From a virus: a DNA stretch of 64,000 nt. Below the pieces are notes generated by a model. It made no database searches. It saw only the letters and a program-made list of their open reading frames with translations, and was not told the origin of the DNA. A program made the translations under genes and the position numbers. This document shows, piece by piece, positions 19,886 to 28,784 of this stretch; within the stretch, counting starts at the first letter, position 1, and each line of letters opens with the position of its first letter. The DNA lies in the UHGV virus genome UHGV-0139776, one strand, 5' to 3'.

Positions 19886-21613
19886 TTACTCAGAGTCACC
19901 GGCATCAATCGTGTCGCCGCTTATGAAGTTAAGCCCGCCTTTTTTGGCCATTGTCAGCGTTACACGAGTGAAGTAATCAGCGCCGTTGCGTGGGTGCATA
20001 TCGTTGATAGCCGAACCCCACAGCGTGGTACGGTTGACCAGCGCCGGAGTGGTCGGATGCTGGAACGGGATGGCCGGGACAGCATCACCAGTCACGAAGC
20101 CTGCTTTACCTGGATTTTCATCACGGACGTAGCACAGCACATCCATCGAGCTGAACTGAATGTTCTCTGTCGTTAAGTTCTTACAAATACCAGCAGGTAC
20201 TTCGTACACTTTCACGTTACCGAACAGGGTACCGATGTAGTGAACATACGGAGTCTGGATATAGTCTTCGGCTGGCTGGAAGAAATCCTTCGGCAACTGT
20301 TTGAAGAAAGATGCTGCATCAGCACCAGCAAACATCCCCATCGCACCAGAAGATTTAACGCGCTCAATAATGTCGCGATATACAGTCTGGAATTTGCCAC
20401 GAATGATGGTTGCCCATACATCAAAGGACTGGTTAACCGGCAGAGCGATGTCAAAGGTGTCGGTCGCAAGAGTACGCCAGATCATGATGCGAAGACGCAG
20501 CATATCCTGTTCATGAGACAGGTATTCCTTCAGGGTGCGGAACTGTAGGGAACCCAGGTCCAGACCAAATTCACGCTGTGCTTCATACGCCGCCTGTACC
20601 GTGTGCTCAGCCGCGATAACGAACTGGCTTGGGAACAGGGTGTATTTCTTCATTTCGTGGTTGATCAGCGGGATCAGCTCAGGAGCGGCTTCAATATTGA
20701 TTTCCGTCTCAATTGCGATCTCAGTGCCTTTATCCGGCGCTTTGGAGAACGACAGGGCAATCTGACCAATGTTGTAGTTCAGAGAGCAGGTAACAGTGAT
20801 TTGCTCACCAGCAGCATTAGTAAACGAGTGAAGTAGGCTGCCGGAACCGTTATCAACAACAGACTTAATACGGTTAACGTAGATGTTAGTGCGACCTTTT
20901 CGGATTGGTACATTCTGGCCTTCGAAGTCTTCCATCTTGAAGGTTGCGGTTTTGCTGGTGCCATCGGAGCTTGCCACCAGCACATAGCGGCGGCGTAACT
21001 GGCTGTACACACCGACGGATTGCATGTCCAGAACATCACCAGCAGCATAAGAACCAAAAGAGGAACCTGCCACGTTAAAGACTTCATAGATGTCGGACTG
21101 GTCACGCGTAACCGGAATGAAGGTACACGCATCAGCGGTAGCTGCCCCCAACTGAACAGGCAGGATCATCGCGAGGAATAAAGGCAGACGCATAACACCG
21201 TCAGAAACGCTCATCATCTCTGCTGCGACAGATTCCAGCATCGCTTTATTAGTGGCATCCATGCTGTTGCGGGTGGACTCAATCAGGCAGTTTTCCAGCG
21301 TCTGGTGGCAGGAGGCCAGAATTTCCGGACGCGGCATAGATTTATGTGCTGCGGCGTAGTCAGCCAGTGCACTTGCCCACGCTGTAGCGATTTGAGCGGT
21401 GGCATTATCAGAGATACCCGCAAAAACCGGGTCTTTACGTGCAGCTTCAAGGATAGATGCGGCACGCGCGGCATCATCTTTAATGAATTGGTTATCAGTA
21501 CCGAACTGCGCAGTGCTTGCCCAGCCAAGCACAGCTTTAGAGCGTTTTGCGATATCTGCAATACGATTCTGGTATTCGCGTAAGTTACTCAATTTACTCT
21601 TCCTTAAACACAA
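19886..21613 (-). CDS. putative major head protein precursor, 575 aa (start uncertain)
   Basis: The ORF-track start is a TTG without a Shine-Dalgarno; internal ATGs exist. Adjacent to parB as I recall for P1 gene 23. Confidence 0.4.
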   Translation of the reverse strand: MCLRKSKLSNLREYQNRIADIAKRSKAVLGWASTAQFGTDNQFIKDDAARAASILEAARKDPVFAGISDNATAQIATAWASALADYAAAHKSMPRPEILASCHQTLENCLIESTRNSMDATNKAMLESVAAEMMSVSDGVMRLPLFLAMILPVQLGAATADACTFIPVTRDQSDIYEVFNVAGSSFGSYAAGDVLDMQSVGVYSQLRRRYVLVASSDGTSKTATFKMEDFEGQNVPIRKGRTNIYVNRIKSVVDNGSGSLLHSFTNAAGEQITVTCSLNYNIGQIALSFSKAPDKGTEIAIETEINIEAAPELIPLINHEMKKYTLFPSQFVIAAEHTVQAAYEAQREFGLDLGSLQFRTLKEYLSHEQDMLRLRIMIWRTLATDTFDIALPVNQSFDVWATIIRGKFQTVYRDIIERVKSSGAMGMFAGADAASFFKQLPKDFFQPAEDYIQTPYVHYIGTLFGNVKVYEVPAGICKNLTTENIQFSSMDVLCYVRDENPGKAGFVTGDAVPAIPFQHPTTPALVNRTTLWGSAINDMHPRNGADYFTRVTLTMAKKGGLNFISGDTIDAGDSE

Positions 21614-21649
21614 GGCACTTGTGTGAATCCCTTTTCGGAAGAGATTTTA

Positions 21650-21790
21650 TTGAAAGTCACTTGTTGACTTTCTCGTGACAAGCAATTTTTTTATTTTTTT
21701 CGGGAGTAGGGGAGGAAGGTAAAATCCAAGGTGAAATCGTGGCGATTTCACCTTGAAATTTTAGATGGATTTACTTTAAAAACAGTAGGT
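21650..21790. promoter_or_regulatory. parS: parS centromere: palindrome CAAGGTGAAATCG-TGG-CGATTTCACCTTG (21727-21755) with ATTTCAC (box A) and TCGCCA (box B) motifs
   Basis: Lies immediately downstream of parB; heptamer/hexamer boxes match the P1 parS organisation from memory. Confidence 0.75.
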
Positions 21791-21817
21791 TAATAGTGAA
21801 ATTTGAATGGCGAAAGT

Positions 21818-22819
21818 TTAAGGCTTCGGCTTTTTATCGAGGCTCTTTCTAAGGATATGCCCAATCATCCTGTCGAGTTCTTCCTGTAGCTCTTTTGAAA
21901 GTCGATTAAACTCATAAGAAAATGCACGGCCTTTCACGCGCTTTCTTGCAAAGCGATCCTTGTCCTCAAATTTCCATAATTCAGTAACTACGGACTTATC
22001 TTTAGAACCTTTATCCGTGAGTAGTGAGGCTTCCTTTGTTATCAAGCGCAGGATTTTATTTTTAACTTCATCTTCGGCCATTTCTTCAATGGATAAGATG
22101 TCGTTTATTTCCGGGGATATGTTTTGAATAAGCTGATCAAACTCTAAATTCTTGTTCCCCATTTCGTCGCCAACAGCACAAAGCGTTTTGTAGTCCGAAA
22201 AGGTTAATTCCGACTGCACAGGGAAAAGGGCGACTAATTCTTCCGGAGCACTCGCTGCCTGGAGAGCACGCGTGACCTTAGCCTGAGACAGCCCTTCTTT
22301 GGCTGCAATATCCTTCTGACTCATCCCATCATTTTTCATTCGCATCAAACGCAGACCTATTTCTCGAATGCTGTGCTGCAATGCTGTCTGAACGTCTTTC
22401 GCTAAATTTTGCGCTTCCTGAACGCTGATCTCCTGGTCCGTGACTAAAACCCGCAACCCTACGTTCTCTAAGATGGCAGAAGCTCGACGCCGGGAACCAT
22501 CCAAAATTTCAATTTTCCCTGTAGCCCGTCTAACACCTATTGCAGGGTAAAATTGCTGATGCTTAATAGTGCTTCGGATACTTTTTAATGATTTTGGCGT
22601 AAGAGATGCCTGGTCACGCCCGTTGTTATGCTGATCAACAAAGGTATCGCTTTCTACCTGGTTCGGAGGTATTACCTCTTCAATAAATGTGGCCTGGCGA
22701 CCAGTTGATAACTTGAATACCTGCTCGACTCGATCGCCAGAGGCTGAAGAACTATCAAATCCGCTTAATATTGAAGGATTAAGGGTTCGCCCAATTGTTG
22801 GTCTGTTTTTCTTTGACAT
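21818..22819 (-). CDS. parB: ParB partition protein, 333 aa
   Basis: Follows parA; ParB-like HTH region (GLSQAKVTRALQAA); size matches P1 ParB. Confidence 0.85.
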   Translation of the reverse strand: MSKKNRPTIGRTLNPSILSGFDSSSASGDRVEQVFKLSTGRQATFIEEVIPPNQVESDTFVDQHNNGRDQASLTPKSLKSIRSTIKHQQFYPAIGVRRATGKIEILDGSRRRASAILENVGLRVLVTDQEISVQEAQNLAKDVQTALQHSIREIGLRLMRMKNDGMSQKDIAAKEGLSQAKVTRALQAASAPEELVALFPVQSELTFSDYKTLCAVGDEMGNKNLEFDQLIQNISPEINDILSIEEMAEDEVKNKILRLITKEASLLTDKGSKDKSVVTELWKFEDKDRFARKRVKGRAFSYEFNRLSKELQEELDRMIGHILRKSLDKKPKP

Positions 22820-22835
22820 GGGGGTTTCTTACTCC

Positions 22836-24032
22836 TCAGTTAGATCTGATAAATTCAATACGGTCAAAAACTGCTTTAGCAAAATCTTCCGCGGCAATTC
22901 GCGCGTTCTTCAATGCATCAGCACTACCAACATACGTTGCCGGGTTAGCTGAAATAACAGTGTCAAAAGACTCGCCGCAACGTTCAAAACCGTCAAGGCG
23001 AGGGAGGACGACATCGAGCATATCCCCACCGAACACTTCTTTAGCCAGGCTATGGCAATACTTATGATCTGCCTTGTTACTCAACTTGGACATAAAACCA
23101 ATGTTAGTCGCAAGCTGGCACTCGCAGCCTTCATCCGAAATGAGTTTTACCAACTCAGGAAGGCGGGCAACGTATTTAAGCGATGAGTGGAAATCGACAG
23201 TTGCTGGCGGCAGAGGTGTAAACAGTATATTGGCCGAGGCCAAAGCATTTTTCAGGAAGGCGTCAAGGTGAGGACCACTATCAACGAGGATAAAGTCATA
23301 ATCGCTCTTCAGCTTATCAATCACATTTTCTTTCAGGACAGCATGGATGTTCTGACCCGGTAGATGCTCATTGCACAGCTCTCTCCAATCGGATGCAATA
23401 AAGGCATCGTCAATCGACGCAGGCATAACGTCAACCCCAGGTACAACAGAAGGAACAATAAACTCCTCTAACAGCTCTTCACGGCTTACATTCTGCAACA
23501 TAGCCTGTGCAGATGTTGCGTTTACGATACCAATAGAGTGTTTATGGCTTAAAAACATCGTTGCTGAAGATTGCGGATCAAGGTCAATAACCAGAATCCT
23601 TAAATCTTCCATCAGAAGATGAGGGTGGGCACGCATTGCATGCGCCAGAGAAACCGTCGATACAGTTTTTGACACACCGCCTTTAAGATTGGAGATGAAA
23701 ATCACATACGCTTCGCTGTAGCGATCCCGGTATTTTGGCACTCCGCGATGTTCATATATGTCAATGATGTTCTGAATTGACATCGCATATTTCATTGAAG
23801 AGCCAGCAGGGCGTTTATCGAAAACATAACCCTTTTCTTCCATTTCACTTACGGCATAGTCAACGTTCGCTCGAGTCAGTAGAGGCAATTTTGCCAGTGC
23901 CGCTTTCGCATAGACCTGGTAAAACTCGTTCGCGTGTAGCTCATCCTTTTGCAACTGTACTTGTTCAGTCAGAACATTGAGCATTCTGTTTGCTCTTTGA
24001 GCAACCTTGTGAAGCTGGCTGGAATCACTCAT
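22836..24032 (-). CDS. parA: ParA partition ATPase (type Ia, with N-terminal HTH extension), 398 aa
   Basis: Deviant Walker A motif NLKGGVSKT; N-terminus MSDSSQLHKVAQRANRMLNVLTEQ matches my memory of P1 ParA. Confidence 0.9.
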   Translation of the reverse strand: MSDSSQLHKVAQRANRMLNVLTEQVQLQKDELHANEFYQVYAKAALAKLPLLTRANVDYAVSEMEEKGYVFDKRPAGSSMKYAMSIQNIIDIYEHRGVPKYRDRYSEAYVIFISNLKGGVSKTVSTVSLAHAMRAHPHLLMEDLRILVIDLDPQSSATMFLSHKHSIGIVNATSAQAMLQNVSREELLEEFIVPSVVPGVDVMPASIDDAFIASDWRELCNEHLPGQNIHAVLKENVIDKLKSDYDFILVDSGPHLDAFLKNALASANILFTPLPPATVDFHSSLKYVARLPELVKLISDEGCECQLATNIGFMSKLSNKADHKYCHSLAKEVFGGDMLDVVLPRLDGFERCGESFDTVISANPATYVGSADALKNARIAAEDFAKAVFDRIEFIRSN

Positions 24033-24299
24033 CGAAAGTCATCCTTTATGCTGTATTTTTGAATTTAATTAAAAATGCTGCATAAAATAATAATGTATGC
24101 GTAGATGCTTGTATATAGCATTCTCTGCATGTTTACTCCTTTGCCAAGTGTGTCACAACATGCTTTGGCATCCTCCACGCATAAAGGACGCGGATTTCTT
24201 CTATGTTCAGGTTGTAGCCTGAATCATTTTGGTGATTTCCTGCTTCAACGAGCAGCCAGGCTTCACTCTCTATCAACTGGTGAGAACGGCTTGCCCGGC

Positions 24300-24590
24300 A
24301 GCTTCGATGTGTGCTGGAGGGAGAATAAAAGTCTAAGATGTGCGATAGAGGGAAGTCGCATTGAATTATGTGCTGTGGAGGGATCGCTGGTATCAAATAT
24401 GTGTGCTGGAGGGAAAGACAGAGAATTACATGTGCACTGGAGGGAAAAACGGATGGACAGATGTGTGCTGGAGGGAAAGTCTGAGCAAACTGCGGGGCGT
24501 CCCCCTCCAGCGCACATCAAAAACGGGAAATTGGACAAGCCTTCCCGGCAGCACACATTTTTTTGAATGCAGCTGCCCTCCAGCACACAC
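24300..24590. repeat. incA iteron array: nine GATGTGTGCTGGAGGG-type repeats, the last three inverted
   Basis: Copies at 24306, 24337, 24367, 24398, 24429, 24460 and inverted at 24502, 24546, 24574; downstream of repA. Confidence 0.85.
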
Positions 24591-25451
24591 TTATTCGGGG
24601 AGTTTCAGCTTTGGATTGCGAGAATGGACGATTACAAAACTTTCCCGGCCTTTCTTCTCAATTGAACAGTCGAGATAGCCGATTGTTTTAAGCTGTTCTA
24701 TCGCTTTCTTAATGATACGGTTTTGCTCGCCAACAGCTGACTGCAAAGCCAGGCGCTCACGGATTCGCGCGAACGATAGCGGCAACGGGTTCTGCGGAAG
24801 GCTTTCGATGAAAGTGTAAATGGCTTGTGCAGCTTCTTTCTTCGGAAGGGCACGCAAGGCGTGGTGTTGCAACAGAACGCGATAATCAAGCTGGAACAGC
24901 TCCCACAGCTTCGAATCAGCCTCCAGCTCTATCAGATCAAGGTCAGCATCAAAACGCCCGACCTTCAGCAGACCAGTCTGATAGCCGCCTTTAGCATCTT
25001 TTCCGCGCTTAAAAGCGATACCCTTGTTACGCAAGCGTCCAAGTGATTCATGAATGGTTAAACGCAGTTTCGCATCCAGACGTTTTGAGGGGAAACCACA
25101 GGCTTTAGCGAATTCCTGAAACGATAACTGGATGGTGTTTGAGGACAAGCCGTATTTGCTGAACGCGTAGATGACACCGATCCACGTTTTGAAATCAGTA
25201 TCCATATCGAGTCGAGGACCGGTGATTTTAATATCATCGTAACCCTCGGCTTTAGCTATCTCCAGCTGGGAAAACGCTTTGGTGGCATCAATCTCTTTAC
25301 TTTCTCCTTTGCTCTTTGATGGCTTCGGCACGAATACCCCCAAGCGCATCAACGCTACAGGCTGCACAGTGTTGTTTGAATTAACTGTTAGTTCTTTTGC
25401 CTTACTTTCAATGTCTGCGTAAAGAATATCGGAGATAAAAGATTGATTCAT
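24591..25451 (-). CDS. repA: RepA plasmid replication initiator, 286 aa
   Basis: Flanked by iteron arrays on both sides; size matches P1 RepA. Confidence 0.85.
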   Translation of the reverse strand: MNQSFISDILYADIESKAKELTVNSNNTVQPVALMRLGVFVPKPSKSKGESKEIDATKAFSQLEIAKAEGYDDIKITGPRLDMDTDFKTWIGVIYAFSKYGLSSNTIQLSFQEFAKACGFPSKRLDAKLRLTIHESLGRLRNKGIAFKRGKDAKGGYQTGLLKVGRFDADLDLIELEADSKLWELFQLDYRVLLQHHALRALPKKEAAQAIYTFIESLPQNPLPLSFARIRERLALQSAVGEQNRIIKKAIEQLKTIGYLDCSIEKKGRESFVIVHSRNPKLKLPE

Positions 25452-25504
25452 ATTACTTTTTCCGAATTATGTGGATAGCTTTTATAAGTGGTGATAACTA
25501 CCCA

Positions 25505-25735
25505 GGCTTTCCCGTCAGCACACATCCTATATCCCGCCAGCACACATTAGCAACCCGTCAGCACACATTTTTATCCCGCCAGCACACATCTTTTTCCCTC
25601 CAGCACACATCGCGATACACTTCTAAGCCAGACGTGGCGCGGCCTGCAACGATCAGGGATCTATATGGATCTAATTGGGATCTGTATGGACCTAATTATT
25701 GGATCTACCCAGTGGATAATGTGGATAAGTGAAAA
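25505..25735. other. incC iterons (five CCCNYCAGCACACAT repeats) and plasmid origin oriR (five GATC sites plus tandem DnaA boxes)
   Basis: Iterons at 25511-25610; GATC cluster 25650-25700; GTGGATAATGTGGATAAG at about 25710-25727. Confidence 0.8.
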
Positions 25736-25777
25736 ACCGGCCACTGAGGACCGATTTCTGTGAAGAGTTGAAGCGAA

Positions 25778-26179
25778 TTAGTTGTCGTTTTCCGTACCTA
25801 CTTCTTCGATCAACAAACTACTTGTATAGATGCGTAACGTATCACCTTTGTAGAGGAATTGATAACCAACACCTCCTATGGCAGGGAGGTCGGGGAACAT
25901 TTCAGAAGCAACCCCAGAGCAAATCACGGCGATACAGTCATCCCGCTGTACATCCTTACGCTCTGTACTCAAAGTTTGCTCTTCCCCGATTGCCTTTGTC
26001 ATCTCCTCATCTTCGTACGCAACAGGGATATATTCAATCGCATCAGGCGTTTTGATACCCAGTTCTTCAGCAATCTCGAACGCCTGTTTAAATTGATCTG
26101 ACCCAGGATATCCAACGGTAATACTCTCAATTTCGAACAAAGAAGTAGCGTTGTTTATTTCTTGTTTAACCGCAAACAT
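25778..26179 (-). CDS. hypothetical acidic protein, 133 aa
   Basis: ORF only. Confidence 0.4.
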   Translation of the reverse strand: MFAVKQEINNATSLFEIESITVGYPGSDQFKQAFEIAEELGIKTPDAIEYIPVAYEDEEMTKAIGEEQTLSTERKDVQRDDCIAVICSGVASEMFPDLPAIGGVGYQFLYKGDTLRIYTSSLLIEEVGTENDN

Positions 26180-26249
26180 GTTGTTTGTCCTTAGTGGCTT
26201 CCTGCCAAAGTAAAGTCATGAGTGTTGATATTACGATTTCTACAGTTGA

Positions 26250-26609
26250 TTAAATCTGCTCGCTGAGCTTTTGCTTCAGCAGATAACCTTCCAGCGGCCA
26301 GATTTTCTCAATGGCGTTCTTACGGGCCACCTTACGGCCAATCTCCGCGTCGAAATTTTTAGGGCTGGCACAGGCGCTTTCCCCGGTAACAATTAATCCA
26401 TTGCACAGCACCAAGACACAGATGGTCAGGCTACGCGTAGAGGGATGAACAGACAGCACCTCACGAACGCCTTCATGCGCAGCGCGAATGCCGTCAAAAG
26501 CTGTGAAATAATGCTCTTCGGCAATCACACTCTCGATGTGATCAGGAGTCAGGCGTGGTGCTGTTTTGCCTTTGGCCAGAATCTCTTTTTCAATTTCCAT
26601 ATCGGACAT
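26250..26609 (-). CDS. hypothetical protein, 119 aa
   Basis: ORF only. Confidence 0.4.
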   Translation of the reverse strand: MSDMEIEKEILAKGKTAPRLTPDHIESVIAEEHYFTAFDGIRAAHEGVREVLSVHPSTRSLTICVLVLCNGLIVTGESACASPKNFDAEIGRKVARKNAIEKIWPLEGYLLKQKLSEQI

Positions 26610-26620
26610 AGTTTTTCCTT

Positions 26621-26872
26621 TTAGTTACCGCTGATAGCGCGGTTGTAATCATTAACGTTGCGATTCTTCCTGTTAATCCCCATCAGCATCGTTTCTGTAT
26701 CGAGGATATACGCTGGCAGATCATCAAAATATTCACTGCTAAACTCTGGCATTCTGCACATAAATGCACTTTTGGGGGCAGGGTGGTTAACCTTTGTCGG
26801 CGTCGGCGTTAAATTCGCTGATCGACTCCCGGAGCAACCGCTGAGTGTCAGCAGGAATGCGCTGGCGAACAT
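26621..26872 (-). CDS. outer-membrane lipoprotein, o-spanin (Rz1-like) candidate
   Basis: Lipobox LTLSGC; proline-containing mature part; its start lies inside the 3-prime end of the upstream coiled-coil gene in another frame. Confidence 0.5.
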   Translation of the reverse strand: MFASAFLLTLSGCSGSRSANLTPTPTKVNHPAPKSAFMCRMPEFSSEYFDDLPAYILDTETMLMGINRKNRNVNDYNRAISGN

Positions 26873-27209
26873 TACCCGCCGCAACCAGTTGTTTCTGAAC
26901 TTCAGCTTTTCGTTCCATTTGCCTGTCAGCATATTTGGCTTGTTCTGATTCATTTTTCACTTCCTGGCTGTGAAAATGTTGATCTGCTTTGTTCATCGTC
27001 TCAATGGTCTGGTTAAGATCCATTATTGACTTATCACGTTCCTTAACAGCCTGATCAAGACTGCCAATTTTATCCAAGGCTTGCTTTAGCTGATGACGTT
27101 CCCATGCAAACCCGGCACCAACAAGTGCGCAAATCAGAACAAGAACACCAGTAGCAGCAAGTTTCTCCTTCAAAGACAAAGCTGTTTTTAACGTAGAAAA
27201 GAATGACAT
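26787..27209 (-). CDS. N-terminal-TM coiled-coil protein, i-spanin (Rz-like) candidate
   Basis: Start ATG at 27209 with an AGGAGG RBS; TMD VLVLICALVGAGFAW; C-terminal VAAGNVRQRI resembles lambda Rz VAAGRRRLHI. Confidence 0.5.
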   Translation of the reverse strand: MSFFSTLKTALSLKEKLAATGVLVLICALVGAGFAWERHQLKQALDKIGSLDQAVKERDKSIMDLNQTIETMNKADQHFHSQEVKNESEQAKYADRQMERKAEVQKQLVAAGNVRQRIPADTQRLLRESISEFNADADKG

Positions 27210-27248
27210 GTCTTCCTCCTGAAGAAAAATTATCAATGAAGTCCTTTG

Positions 27249-28037
27249 TTACTGTGCCGCTTTGTTTAATTCATCAAGAACAGAATCAGGAACCAAAGCA
27301 GCAACTGCGCTGGCTGTGCTGGCCTTATTTGCTGATGCTTCCGCAAGCGCAGTACCGATAGCATGGTTATAAGCAGTTATGGCTACATTGGCGCTTTCAT
27401 TCGCTCGTTCATACTGCTGTTGTAACGCAGTTGTGGGCGCTGTTGTCTGGTTGAAAACAACCCCAAACTGTTCAGTTGCTACTTTCAGAGATTCAATTTG
27501 CTCTTCTGTTAGTGCTGGTGGGGGAGTGGCAGTGCCGCCGCCTGAACCAGAGCCTGGCGAGCTTCCTGAGCCAGTGTTAAGGGTCTGGTTAATCTCCCCC
27601 ATTGCAGCGACTAAACTTGATGTATTAAGCGCGTTAACAGCGTCCTCAAGCGATTTAGTAATATTCACATCACCAATGGCAATAGAGATCGGCAGTTCTG
27701 AAACTTCTCGCTCATTAGCACGGCAGTAAACATCCCAACCAATATCGAGTTGAAGCAGCATTGACAGATCTGCATAACCAGCCAACAGGTCCGCGTGCTT
27801 AGTTGCCAGTTCTCCAATGTTCGTTAAGCCGGTTGTGGTTGTTCTGATCGTTGAAACATAGCTGGTAATAGTGTCGGGATAGACAATTGTATCCAGAATT
27901 AATCCGGTCAATTCTTCTGCAAGCAGTTTTGCTGTGTTAGCACTGTTTCGTGCCGATGTTATGGCACCAGGTGTTTTCATCCCACCGGCGGCGGCCAATT
28001 TTTTATATGCGGATAACTGGTAGTCTTTTTCCAGCAT
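27249..28037 (-). CDS. hypothetical protein, 262 aa, translationally coupled to the PAAR-like gene
   Basis: Start ATG at 28037 with a GGAG RBS overlapping the upstream stop; Gly/Ser-rich linker. Confidence 0.4.
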   Translation of the reverse strand: MLEKDYQLSAYKKLAAAGGMKTPGAITSARNSANTAKLLAEELTGLILDTIVYPDTITSYVSTIRTTTTGLTNIGELATKHADLLAGYADLSMLLQLDIGWDVYCRANEREVSELPISIAIGDVNITKSLEDAVNALNTSSLVAAMGEINQTLNTGSGSSPGSGSGGGTATPPPALTEEQIESLKVATEQFGVVFNQTTAPTTALQQQYERANESANVAITAYNHAIGTALAEASANKASTASAVAALVPDSVLDELNKAAQ

Positions 28038-28045
28038 GATATCTC

Positions 28046-28330
28046 CTAACTTACCTGAACCAGGCCGTCTCCGGACGCTACGGTAGATCCGCATGAAACA
28101 GGGTCACCAACGCATACGATCCCTTTACCATTGACGGTAAACCATGCCCTGGTTGATATAGCTTGCCCACCGTGCGTACTGTTTCCATCGGTATGCTGTG
28201 CATATTGCTTACCATCAACTAACACTTCGACTCCGTTGACTTTAAGTAGTGGTTCACTCTCTACAGGAGCCCTGGATGGGAATCCTCCGTGCCCCGAACA
28301 AATGCTGTCTTTTGTTGCAATACTTGCCAC
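28046..28330 (-). CDS. PAAR-like repeat protein (spike-tip candidate), 94 aa
   Basis: Repeated SGHGG / VNG / VGDPVSCG elements resembling PAAR motifs. Confidence 0.45.
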   Translation of the reverse strand: MASIATKDSICSGHGGFPSRAPVESEPLLKVNGVEVLVDGKQYAQHTDGNSTHGGQAISTRAWFTVNGKGIVCVGDPVSCGSTVASGDGLVQVS

Positions 28331-28411
28331 GTCATCACCAATTATTTGCTCTGATTTTCGTTATTTTAATTCAGGTTGTTTGTGGTCTACATGGAGTTCA
28401 ACTATTGCAAA

Positions 28412-28428
28412 ATTGCTCTAATAAATAT
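28412..28428 (+). promoter_or_regulatory. C1 operator-like site (16/17) with overlapping promoter (TTGCTC-N17-TATGTC)
   Basis: Motif match upstream of the uhr-hrdC-dmt block. Confidence 0.6.
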
Positions 28429-28499
28429 TGTTTTTTATGTCGTATTTTCGGTACCATTCAGCCATCGCCCTTCAATGGGCATTTGTTTGGAGTCGTCAG

Positions 28500-28784
28500 A
28501 TGCAGATGGAGCTAATAAGCCGCAAAGAGTTCGATAGCCGTGTAACCAGCGGTGAACTCGACAACTTGCAGGCTATCAAGGTGAAAGAAGGCTTTTGCCT
28601 CATTGGGAATCAGAGCGGAACAAATCGCGTTTTTATGCTTCGCCGTACGGATTTGAAGCCATTTGTCTGGAAGAACGAAATTGGTCCCAGCTCATACGCT
28701 CAAACGAGGGGGTGCCACAACCTGGCCTTTTTCTACAAAGACGAGCTTTCTGTGGTTGATATTCAAGGGTTACAACATGTTTAA
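28500..28784 (+). CDS. small protein upstream of hrdC, about 94 aa
   Basis: Start ATG at 28500 with a GGAG RBS; the earlier in-frame ATG would overlap the operator. Confidence 0.4.
   Translation: MQMELISRKEFDSRVTSGELDNLQAIKVKEGFCLIGNQSGTNRVFMLRRTDLKPFVWKNEIGPSSYAQTRGCHNLAFFYKDELSVVDIQGLQHV

Noticed and set aside
19886-21613. Whether the TTG at 21613 is the true start of the capsid-like gene
   Set aside because: Not resolved: there is no Shine-Dalgarno before the TTG and none before the internal ATGs at 21337, 21262 and 21216. The ORF-track coordinates were kept and the uncertainty flagged.
24105-24586. ORFs 24105..24566 (+) and 24263..24586 (-) within the incA region
   Set aside because: They are produced by translating the iteron repeats, which gives repetitive Cys/Gly-rich peptides. 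They overlap a cis-acting element.
24300-25610. Possible CRISPR array suggested by many copies of a 16 to 19-bp repeat
   Set aside because: The repeats flank repA, have irregular spacing, include inverted copies and have no uniform spacers. They are replication iterons (incA/incC), not CRISPR repeats; no cas genes are present.
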